From an uncultured Bacteroidales bacterium (GTDB lineage: Bacteria; Bacteroidota; Bacteroidia; Bacteroidales; Bacteroidaceae), in contig CADAPC010000028.1 in assembly GCA_902789725.1 (NCBI GenBank), positions 309 to 64,308 on the forward strand: a stretch of DNA of 64,000 nucleotides. The letters are read 5' to 3'. Below the pieces are notes generated by a model. It saw only the letters and a program-made list of their open reading frames with translations. It was not told where the DNA came from and made no database searches. Every line of letters starts with the position of its first letter. The stretch's first letter is position 1. The position numbers and the translations under genes were made by a program. Of this stretch, positions 9,145-16,366 are shown piece after piece.

Positions 9145-9813
9145 TCACCCCTCCAACAACGCTTCAGAAACAGCAAGGTCGAAGGGGGTAGTGATTTTGA
9201 TGTTTTCACGATTGCCCTGCACCAGGGTGACAGCATGCCCATAACGCTCCACCACCGAAGCGTCGTCGGTAAAAAAGTCGGTGTAAGGTTGGGAATAGGC
9301 GGCTCGTAACAGGGCAGCGGAAAACACCTGAGGTGTCTGCACCAGTTTATATTCGGAACGGGGCACGGTTTCCGACTCGCTGTCGCTAATCATGTGCCGA
9401 ACCGTCTCCACCACTTCTGTCACCGGAATGGCAGCCCCTGTGCGTGCAGCCTCATCATAGCAAGAGCCGATGGTAGCGATGGAGACAAAAGGACGCACCC
9501 CATCGTGCACGCCAATCAAGCGAACATGGGGCGACACCTTGGCAAGGCCGTTCAGCACAGAGTGGAAACGGGTTTCTCCCCCATCGGCAATAAGATGAGG
9601 AGCGGTGAATTTGTACTGCCTACAGAGTGACTGCCAGTAGTCTTGCTGACTTGGGGGCAGAACCAACACCACCTGCATGTCCTCAGCGTACTGGAGGAAA
9701 CGCTCAATGGTTCGCATCAGGATGGGCTTACCACCAATGGGGAGGAACTGCTTGGGGATGTCTCCCCCCATGCGCAATCCCTTGCCCCCAGCTACTATGA
9801 TAACGGCCTTCAT
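9145..9813 (-). CDS. ispD: 2-C-methyl-D-erythritol 4-phosphate cytidylyltransferase
   Basis: N-terminal [29 protein letters not shown] plus the overall IspD pattern, 222 aa. Confidence 0.9.
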   Translation of the reverse strand: MKAVIIVAGGKGLRMGGDIPKQFLPIGGKPILMRTIERFLQYAEDMQVVLVLPPSQQDYWQSLCRQYKFTAPHLIADGGETRFHSVLNGLAKVSPHVRLIGVHDGVRPFVSIATIGSCYDEAARTGAAIPVTEVVETVRHMISDSESETVPRSEYKLVQTPQVFSAALLRAAYSQPYTDFFTDDASVVERYGHAVTLVQGNRENIKITTPFDLAVSEALLEG

Positions 9814-10358
9814 AAATCGTTATACATCATGCCAGCCTTCAACGCTTCGGCAGCATCCTTTCCGCAGAAATGCTCCACAAGAAGATAGCCCAATGCAAGG
9901 GCGGCGGCAGGTCCTTTGCCCGTGAACATCAAGCCATCTTGTTCCACAAGCTTTGCCGTGTAGTCAGCTCCTGTCAGGTACTGCTCAAAACCAGGATAGC
10001 AGGTCATCTTTTTACCTTGAGCCAATCCTAAGTTACCATACACCATCGGTGCGGCACAGATGGCAGCCAAGGCTTTGCCTGCTGCGTGGTGGGCAAGGAT
10101 GACGTTGCGAAGCCCTTCATGCGCATTGAGATTTGCTGCGCCAGGCATTCCGCCTGGCAGGAACAGCAGGTCGGCATCGCTATAGTCGTTGTCGGCAAAC
10201 ATAGAGTCTGCTACGATGCCTATTTGATGGGCACCCATTACAGTTTGTTCGTCCATGATGGACACAGTCTTCACGTCAAGACCCGCACGACGCATCACAT
10301 CGATTGGCCCGAGGGCTTCCACTTCTTCGAAACCCGTTGCAAGAAATACATAAATCAT
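9810..10358 (-). CDS. DJ-1/PfpI (ThiJ) family protein
   Basis: 182 aa with the nucleophile-elbow motif AAICAAP and LFLPGG. It overlaps the ispD start by 4 nt. Confidence 0.8.
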   Translation of the reverse strand: MIYVFLATGFEEVEALGPIDVMRRAGLDVKTVSIMDEQTVMGAHQIGIVADSMFADNDYSDADLLFLPGGMPGAANLNAHEGLRNVILAHHAAGKALAAICAAPMVYGNLGLAQGKKMTCYPGFEQYLTGADYTAKLVEQDGLMFTGKGPAAALALGYLLVEHFCGKDAAEALKAGMMYNDL

Positions 10359-10385
10359 AGTTGTGAATGTTTATTGGGATGGTGG

Positions 10386-11405
10386 CTATTGAAGTTTGAA
10401 TCGGTAGGTTATCGTACCATTTTCCGTGCGGTCACCTTCCGAAAACTTTGATTGTTTTGCAGCAGCTACAGCGGCATTCTTTAAGGTTGCAGACGAAGTG
10501 GTGCTGCGAATCACAGTGGCACTAATGACAGCACCCGATGCACTTACTTGAATAGACACCGTCACAGTTCCTTCGCTGTTGGAATCATAAGAGGGCTTTG
10601 CTAAATAAACTGCCAAGCGGCTCCCCACCTTGGCGGAGGTGCCAGTGCCGAGTCCTCCCACTCCCGATGTCTTTCCGGTGTTGCTGTTTCCATCAGGCGA
10701 ACCTTGAGCACCATTCCCCGTGGTGTTTCCGCTGCTGCCTTTATTGCCAGCGTTACCGAATGCCCCTGTTACACGGCTATTGGCAGCTGCGGCAGCTTTT
10801 TCTTCTGCAGCTTTCTTCTTGGCAGCTTCCTCAGCAGCTTTCTTCTTGGCAGCCTCCTCTGCGGCTTTCTTCTTGGCAGCCTCCTCTGCGGCTTTCTTCT
10901 TGGCAGCTTCCTCAGCAGCTTTCTTCTTGGCGGCTTCCTCTGCGGCTTTCTTCTTGGCGGCTTCCTCTGCAGCTTTCTTCTTGGCAGCTTCCTCTGCGGC
11001 TTTCTTCTTGGCAGCTTCGGCAGCAATAGTTTTTTCCTGATCTTGGGTAATTACAGGTTTTGCCGCCTTTTGTGGAGCAGACTTCACACTGGGTTTCGAC
11101 TCTGGCTTCGGCACAGGAGCAGGTTCAGGTTGAGGAGCAGGAGCCAGAGGCACTTCCTCCACTTCTGCTTGGTCAACATGCTCAAGTTCAGCATCCTCTG
11201 CGGTTCCCGTTTCAGCAGGCAAACCGCCAAGGTCTTCTCCCCCAGCATCTTCCACCATTCCCAACAACACAGGCACACCGTCCTCCTTGTTCTCATCAGG
11301 ATGCACGGCCGAGAGTGTCAGGAATGCCAGCAAAAGGATAAGAACCACATGCACTACAATAGTAGCGAGCCCTGCTTTCAGATTTTTCTTTTTGTTGTCA
11401 GTCAT
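10386..11405 (-). CDS. tonB: energy transducer TonB with an expanded AAEEAAKKK repeat linker
   Basis: N-terminal TM anchor, a P/E-rich segment, the repeat linker, and a C-terminal TonB domain (GTVTVSIQVSASGAVISATV...GTITYRFKLQ). I prefer the ATG at 11405 (MTDNKKK) because it lies 4 nt after the exbD stop. The track ORF begins at 11429. Confidence 0.85.
   Translation of the reverse strand: MTDNKKKNLKAGLATIVVHVVLILLLAFLTLSAVHPDENKEDGVPVLLGMVEDAGGEDLGGLPAETGTAEDAELEHVDQAEVEEVPLAPAPQPEPAPVPKPESKPSVKSAPQKAAKPVITQDQEKTIAAEAAKKKAAEEAAKKKAAEEAAKKKAAEEAAKKKAAEEAAKKKAAEEAAKKKAAEEAAKKKAAEEAAKKKAAEEKAAAAANSRVTGAFGNAGNKGSSGNTTGNGAQGSPDGNSNTGKTSGVGGLGTGTSAKVGSRLAVYLAKPSYDSNSEGTVTVSIQVSASGAVISATVIRSTTSSATLKNAAVAAAKQSKFSEGDRTENGTITYRFKLQ
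10795..11024. repeat. 27-bp in-frame tandem repeat, about 7 perfect and 2 degenerate copies, inside tonB
   Basis: The unit GCAGCTTCCTC(A/T)GC(A/G)GCTTTCTTCTTG repeats head to tail from 10822 to 11010, with degenerate copies on both sides. It encodes (AAEEAAKKK)n. Confidence 0.95.
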
Positions 11406-11814
11406 CGCGCGATGGGGGTCTTGTGGCAAGAACCATCTTGAAATGATTCTCGTTGGCTATACTCAGAATTTCAACAATATTTCTATAGGGCACAGCTTCG
11501 TCGGCATAGAGCGAGACGAAGAGTTCGGTAGAGTCATTCACCTGGGCATTGAGCACTTGGGGGAGTTCTTCGAGCGTGACGGGTTGCTCCTGCTCATTGC
11601 CAGCAGCGGCATAGAGGTTCAAGTCCTTATCAATGACCACCCGCGCCGTAGCCTTAACGGTGGTTTGCTTCTTCCCCTGTGGCAGGAGCACCTTGATGGC
11701 ATTGGGCGACACCATTGTGCTTGTAATCATGAAGAAGATGAGCAAAAGGAATATGATGTCGGTCATTGACGCCATATTGAACGTCGGACTGACTTTGGTT
11801 CTTCGCTTAAACAT
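11398..11814 (-). CDS. exbD: biopolymer transporter ExbD/TolR
   Basis: 138 aa with N-terminal NMASMTDIIFLLLIFFMI, typical of ExbD. It lies between exbB and tonB. Confidence 0.9.
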   Translation of the reverse strand: MFKRRTKVSPTFNMASMTDIIFLLLIFFMITSTMVSPNAIKVLLPQGKKQTTVKATARVVIDKDLNLYAAAGNEQEQPVTLEELPQVLNAQVNDSTELFVSLYADEAVPYRNIVEILSIANENHFKMVLATRPPSRDD

Positions 11815-11818
11815 AGGC

Positions 11819-12442
11819 CTAATCTTCCTCGCTTACAATATCCATAAATGTGAGGGACTTTGCTTCTATCTCATTCACCACCCCATCAATCTTTGCTACT
11901 AAATAGTTGTAGCCAAACAGGGCAATGATGCCTACAGCCAAACCGCCCACTGTGGTAATCATTGCTTGATAGATGCCACCCGAAAGAAGGCTGATGTCAA
12001 TGTTGCCCCCGGCATTGCTCATTTGCCAAAAAGCCTCCACCATACCGATGACCGTTCCAAGAAAACCAATCATAGGTGCACCACCCGCAATGGTAGCAAG
12101 CACAGGAAGTCGCTTTTCCATCGTTGCAATCTCCAGATTACCCGTATTCTCGATGGCTGTTTGAATTTCCGAAGCCGGCTTTCCCATACGACTGATACCA
12201 CGCTCTATCATGCGGGCAGCCGCAGTATTGGTGTTACGGCAAAAGTTGATGGCCGATTTCACATCATTGTTCTTGAGATAGTCGCGGATACGATCCATAA
12301 AGAGTTTGTCATCCTTTCCCGCACTGCGAATAGCAATGAATCGTTCCACAAATATATACACGGCTATGACCGAAAGGACAGCCAGGACTATCATAATCCA
12401 CCCACCTTTCGATGCTAATTCAAGAATGCTAAGTTCTTCCAT
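11819..12442 (-). CDS. exbB: MotA/TolQ/ExbB proton-channel protein
   Basis: 207 aa with three TM helices and GGAPMIGFLGTVIGMVEAF. Confidence 0.9.
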   Translation of the reverse strand: MEELSILELASKGGWIMIVLAVLSVIAVYIFVERFIAIRSAGKDDKLFMDRIRDYLKNNDVKSAINFCRNTNTAAARMIERGISRMGKPASEIQTAIENTGNLEIATMEKRLPVLATIAGGAPMIGFLGTVIGMVEAFWQMSNAGGNIDISLLSGGIYQAMITTVGGLAVGIIALFGYNYLVAKIDGVVNEIEAKSLTFMDIVSEED

Positions 12443-12544
12443 AATGAGTTTAAGTATTTGTATTTATTATCAATTAGAATATAATTTTCCATCCAACAAT
12501 AATAATTTGTGCATGCATGGCCACTGATTCTCAAATTAAAACTG

Positions 12545-12552
12545 TAACTTTG
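12545..12552 (+). promoter_or_regulatory. candidate -7 box TAACTTTG upstream of nadK
   Basis: Matches the Bacteroidota TAnnTTTG consensus, 63 nt upstream of the ATG at 12615. Confidence 0.3.
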
Positions 12553-12614
12553 CATTTATTTCCGTTGCAAAAGTACGACTTTTTCGTACATGACACAAAA
12601 AAAATATCTTAAAT

Positions 12615-13499
12615 ATGACTAAAAAGCTCAAGTTTGCCCTCTTTGGCAATGTTTATCAAGAACGCAAGAGTGCTGCGGTGCAGAAATTCTTCGCCATTGC
12701 CCACGAACGGAAAGCCGAAATTGCCATTCCGGAGCAGTTCCACGACTTCTTGTGCAACAATCTGAAAATTCATGTGCCTGAATGCGAAATTATTCAAGAC
12801 AATAATTTCACGGCCGACTACGTGGTTTGCATGGGAGGAGACGGCACGTTCCTTGATGTGGCAAGCCGAGTAGGCGACAAGGAGATTCCAATCATCGGCA
12901 TCAACACTGGGCGGTTGGGGTTTCTGGCAAGCTTTTCCCCCGATCATATTGAAGACACCATATCCGACATCTACGAAGGATATTTTGGAGTGGAAAACCA
13001 CAGCGTGCTGAACATCTCCTGCGACGAGCTGCCCCTGAAGGACTATCCTTATGCCCTAAACGAAGTGGCTATCCTGAAGCACGACATCTCCTCCATGATT
13101 GCCATCCACACCGACATCAACGATGAGTATTTGACCACCTACCAAGCCGACGGACTCATTATTGGCACTCCCACTGGCAGCACAGCCTACTCCCTGAGCG
13201 TAGGCGGCCCCATCATCGTACCACAAAGCGAAACCATCAGCCTCACCCCCGTGGCTCCTCACAGCCTCAACATGCGTCCTATCGTACTCTGTGACAACAG
13301 CGAAATCACCCTTCGTATTGAAAGCCGAAGTCACAGTTTCCTCATTTCGCTCGATGGGCGCAGCCAAAGCTATCCCGACAACATCCACCTCCGCATCCGC
13401 AAAGCTCCCTACAGCGTGAAGGTTGTCACCCGAGCTGGACAGAATTTCTTCTCCACCCTAAGGAAAAAAATGATGTGGGGAGCCGACCACCGAGGATAA
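12615..13499 (+). CDS. nadK: NAD kinase
   Basis: The GGDGTFL and GINTGRLGFLA motifs are present, 294 aa. Confidence 0.9.
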   Translation: MTKKLKFALFGNVYQERKSAAVQKFFAIAHERKAEIAIPEQFHDFLCNNLKIHVPECEIIQDNNFTADYVVCMGGDGTFLDVASRVGDKEIPIIGINTGRLGFLASFSPDHIEDTISDIYEGYFGVENHSVLNISCDELPLKDYPYALNEVAILKHDISSMIAIHTDINDEYLTTYQADGLIIGTPTGSTAYSLSVGGPIIVPQSETISLTPVAPHSLNMRPIVLCDNSEITLRIESRSHSFLISLDGRSQSYPDNIHLRIRKAPYSVKVVTRAGQNFFSTLRKKMMWGADHRG

Positions 13500-13559
13500 A
13501 TCATCCCCAACCGTCCGTGTTCTGCAATTAGTCTGCCGCCCCGCCCCACATTCCAGGTT

Positions 13560-15317
13560 ATGCGGTTTGCTCGCAAAATCTCCCCTAAGCCATCCCCCAT
13601 GAGAATCAACAAGTCAAAATACCCACTCAAAAAAATTGCCGCCTGGCTCTGGGCCCATCACAAAAGCTGCCGCCAACAAGCACTGATAAACGTCTTTATC
13701 GGCCTTTCCCAAGTGGGTCTGGGCCTTCTATGGGTCGATGCACTCCGCTCTCTCACCGACATAGCCACCCACGCAAAGGAGGGAAGCATCATTTGGACCT
13801 CCGTGACTCTCGCCGGCATCTTTTTACTTGAAATGGGCATGCACATTGCCTACACTTGGATTAGTGCCGTTCTCGGTGTGAAAAGTCAAAACATCATGCA
13901 GCAATTCTTCTTCCAGCGAATCATCAAAGGTGAATGGCGGGGCATCGAGAAATACCACTCTGGCGATGTGCTAAACCGACTGTTTACCGACGTAAACGAC
14001 ATTGTCAAACTTCTTACCGACATCACACCTACGGCCGTTGTAGTTGTCGCCCAGTTCCTGGCATCATTCATCTACCTCTACACCATGGACAGCACCCTGG
14101 CCCTCATCATAGTCCTCACCAGCCCCATTTTCATCCTCTTCTCACGCATTTACTACAAACGTATGCGCCGCATTGTGCGCACCATCAAAGACAGCAACTC
14201 CGCCATCCAAGCCATCATCCAAGAGAGCATTCAACACAAAATGGTCATCAAGGTTTTGCAACGAGAGCAATCCATGGTGGACAAACTGAAACTCAGACAA
14301 AGCCTACTGCACAAGCAAATCAAGAGCCAAGCACGCTTTTCCATCTTCTCCAAGACTCTCGTCAACATCGGCTTCGCCTCGGCTTTCCTCGCTGCACTCG
14401 TCTGGGGACTCTTTCAACTGCAAGAAGGTCTCATCACAGTGGGTGTCCTAATGGCTTTCACCCAACTGGTCAATCGCATCCAACGCCCCATGCTTGATGC
14501 AGCCCGACTGCTCCCTATCTTTGTCAACAGCATGACTTCTTGCGAACGCCTCATGGAACTGGAGGAATTGCCCTTAGAGCCAGAAGAAACTCCCCTACAC
14601 CTTTCAGGACGCGTAGGGCTACGCTTCCAAAACATCTCTTTCAGCTATGCCCCCCAACGTCGCACCGTCATCAAGAACTTCTCCCACGATTTCCGCCCTG
14701 GCTCCTTCACCGCTATCCTCGGCCCCACAGGTGCAGGCAAAACCACCCTCATCCGCCTCATGCTTACCCTCATCTCCCCCACACAAGGTAAAGCAGAAGC
14801 CTACACCACTCTCTACAGCAACTCCCAGGCCCGTTCCGATAACGGCCCAGGCCATTCCCCTCATGACACTCAAGAAGAGTTTCATCCGCTCTCCCCTGCC
14901 CTCCGCTGTAACATTTCCTACATTCCCCAAGGCAACACCCTCTTCTCGGGCACCATTCGCGAAAACCTCCTCATGGGCAACCCCGAAGCCACCCTCGAAG
15001 CCATGAACGAAGCCCTCCACCTCGCGCTCGCCGACTTCGTCTTTGACCTTCCCAAGGGTCTTGACACTCGGTGTTCCGAACAAGGTGGAGGTCTCTCCGA
15101 AGGCCAAGCGCAACGAATCGCCATCGCCCGTGCCATTCTCCACCCCTGCCAAGTCCTCCTGCTCGATGAAGCCACGTCTGCCCTCGACATCGAAACCGAA
15201 AAAAAACTGCTTGAGAACCTCAAACAGCATTTTGCCAATAGCACCATCATCTTTGTCACCCATCGCCTCGCCGTCATGGATTACACCACCGATGTCATCC
15301 ACCTACAACGCCAATAA
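13560..15317 (+). CDS. ABC transporter, fused permease/ATP-binding protein (MsbA/CydC-like exporter)
   Basis: Six-TM N-terminal half. Walker A GPTGAGKTT, signature LSEGQAQR, Walker B LLLDEATSALD and H-loop FVTHR are present. There is an extra loop between Walker A and the Q-loop. Confidence 0.85.
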   Translation: MRFARKISPKPSPMRINKSKYPLKKIAAWLWAHHKSCRQQALINVFIGLSQVGLGLLWVDALRSLTDIATHAKEGSIIWTSVTLAGIFLLEMGMHIAYTWISAVLGVKSQNIMQQFFFQRIIKGEWRGIEKYHSGDVLNRLFTDVNDIVKLLTDITPTAVVVVAQFLASFIYLYTMDSTLALIIVLTSPIFILFSRIYYKRMRRIVRTIKDSNSAIQAIIQESIQHKMVIKVLQREQSMVDKLKLRQSLLHKQIKSQARFSIFSKTLVNIGFASAFLAALVWGLFQLQEGLITVGVLMAFTQLVNRIQRPMLDAARLLPIFVNSMTSCERLMELEELPLEPEETPLHLSGRVGLRFQNISFSYAPQRRTVIKNFSHDFRPGSFTAILGPTGAGKTTLIRLMLTLISPTQGKAEAYTTLYSNSQARSDNGPGHSPHDTQEEFHPLSPALRCNISYIPQGNTLFSGTIRENLLMGNPEATLEAMNEALHLALADFVFDLPKGLDTRCSEQGGGLSEGQAQRIAIARAILHPCQVLLLDEATSALDIETEKKLLENLKQHFANSTIIFVTHRLAVMDYTTDVIHLQRQ

Positions 15318-15404
15318 CCAGCTTTTTGTCACCTCCTTGCTGATAACAATTGATTGAGTCATTAATGGCGTGCCCGCTGCAACCATGCAATCCATTTCAT
15401 TTTT

Positions 15405-15620
15405 ATTGCCTACGGCGAGCTAAAGGTTCGTGAGATTCGTGAGATTCGTGTTCGTTAAAAAAACTCCATGCTATTCTTTTTTCGACCACAGATTTCTCAG
15501 ATTGAACGGATTATTTTTCAGCCTCTCTCAGTCCTCCTCTCTTGTAGAATTGGCCGAGCTCTAAGTTCGTAAGATTCGTGTTATTGGCTACGCCGAGCTA
15601 AAGGTTCGTGGTCGAAAAAG
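15405..15620. repeat. cluster of three ATTGGC..GAGCT(A/C)TAAGTTCGTG-type direct repeats plus a 12-bp inverted repeat
   Basis: Copies lie at 15405-15450, 15549-15580 and 15583-15610; the first ends in tandem GAGATTCGT x2. The inverted pair is TTTTTCGACCAC (15478-15489) and GTGGTCGAAAAA (15608-15619). The core GAGCTAAAGGTTC also occurs at 4239-4251. Confidence 0.8.
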
Positions 15621-15668
15621 AAAAGACTACCCAACCCCTTGCCTAAGGCTTGGAAAAGATGGATGTGA

Positions 15669-15744
15669 GCCATTAATAATGCCTGTGCCTTGCCATTAAT
15701 AATGCCTGTGCCTTGCCATTAATAATGCCTGCGCCTTGCCATTA
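15669..15744. repeat. 23-bp tandem direct repeat, 3.3 copies
   Basis: GCCATTAATAATGCCTG(T/C)GCCTT at 15669-15691, 15692-15714 and 15715-15737, plus a partial copy at 15738-15744. Confidence 0.95.
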
Positions 15745-15755
15745 GCTTGATCCAG

Positions 15756-15833
15756 TTCATTAATGCGTCAAAACACGTTCATTAATGAAAATCGTCCAAT
15801 TCATTAATGAAAATCATCGAATTCATTAATGAA
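15756..15833. repeat. four phased copies of the palindrome TTCATTAATG(AA) at exactly 22-bp spacing (iteron/operator-like array)
   Basis: Copies start at 15756, 15778, 15800 and 15822. TTCATTAATGAA is its own reverse complement. A related TCATTAATGG lies at 15359-15368. Confidence 0.9.
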
Positions 15834-15851
15834 CGGTTTTTACCGAACAAG

Positions 15852-15938
15852 ATGTTTTATATAAACACGAATTGCCATGAATTGGCCTTGAATTTATCAT
15901 GAATATTTTATATAAATTATTTTTGTTTGCCTACTTAC
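15852..15938. repeat. copy B of the two-block dispersed intergenic repeat (copy A at 954-1019)
   Basis: ATGTTTTATATAAACACGAATTGCCATGAATT at 15852-15883 and ATTTTTGTTTGCCTACTTAC at 15919-15938. Confidence 0.7.
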
Positions 15939-16117
15939 TTAAATGGAGGATAAAGTTTGCGACAAGTCATTGTCTTGATTTTAGCTGTGGCTTTCAATCT
16001 CACAAATATTGGTGTCAATTTTGTGATTTTTAGTCTCAATTGAACTAAAAGGCAAAGAAAATTGCCGCATTTTGTCATATTTTTGTTTATTCTTGCACGT
16101 TTTACATGAAAAATTAG

Positions 16118-16125
16118 TATTTTTG
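16118..16125 (+). promoter_or_regulatory. candidate -7 box TATTTTTG for the HTH-hsd operon
   Basis: Matches TAnnTTTG, 20 nt upstream of the ATG at 16145, with TTTG-containing sequence about 30 nt further upstream. Confidence 0.35.
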
Positions 16126-16144
16126 CTGCATTAAATTTTGTATA

Positions 16145-16357
16145 ATGGCAAATAAAGACCTCAACAGATTGAAAGTGGTGCTTGTTGAACAGCACAAAAC
16201 AGCAAAATGGTTAGCAGAGCAAATGGAAAAAGACCCTGCAACTATTAGTAAGTGGTGTACCAACAAAGCACAGCCTTCATTAGAGACAATCAAAAAGATT
16301 GCAGAAATCCTACAGGTTAAAATGAGCGACCTAGTAAGCAATGAACAGCCTTTATAA
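16145..16357 (+). CDS. XRE-family helix-turn-helix transcriptional regulator (controller-like, heads the R-M operon)
   Basis: 70 aa. LKVVLVEQHKTAKWLAEQMEKDPATISKWCTNKAQPSLETIKKIAEILQV is a classic HTH_3/Cro-C1 pattern. The stop directly abuts the hsdM ORF. Confidence 0.8.
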   Translation: MANKDLNRLKVVLVEQHKTAKWLAEQMEKDPATISKWCTNKAQPSLETIKKIAEILQVKMSDLVSNEQPL

Positions 16358-16366
16358 TTGAAGCAA

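Noticed and set aside
9003-9309. Small plus-strand ORFs (62 and 73 aa) downstream of or antisense to ispD
   Set aside because: They overlap the ispD 3' end or the promoter region of the MORN operon and have no motifs. They are likely non-coding.
10598-11441. Plus-strand ORFs of 143, 245 and 106 aa, and an 85-aa minus-strand alternative frame, over the tonB repeat
   Set aside because: The 27-bp tandem repeat keeps every frame open. Only the annotated frame gives a TM anchor plus a TonB C-terminal domain.
13934-15302. Several long ORFs in alternative or antisense frames of the ABC exporter (13934..14497 +, 14619..15302 -, 14918..15277 -, and others)
   Set aside because: They are by-products of the strongly C-rich, stop-poor coding strand. 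Their translations are low-complexity (P/H/R/G-rich), whereas the annotated frame carries all the ABC motifs.
15669-15744. The 23-bp tandem repeat as a possible CRISPR array
   Set aside because: The units are directly adjacent with no spacers, there are only 3.3 copies, and no cas genes are in the window.
954-15938. The two-block repeat copies (954-1019 and 15852-15938) as att sites flanking a 15-kb mobile element
   Set aside because: The interval holds core housekeeping genes (ispD, nadK, exbBD-tonB) and no integrase, so a regulatory or dispersed-repeat explanation is more plausible.
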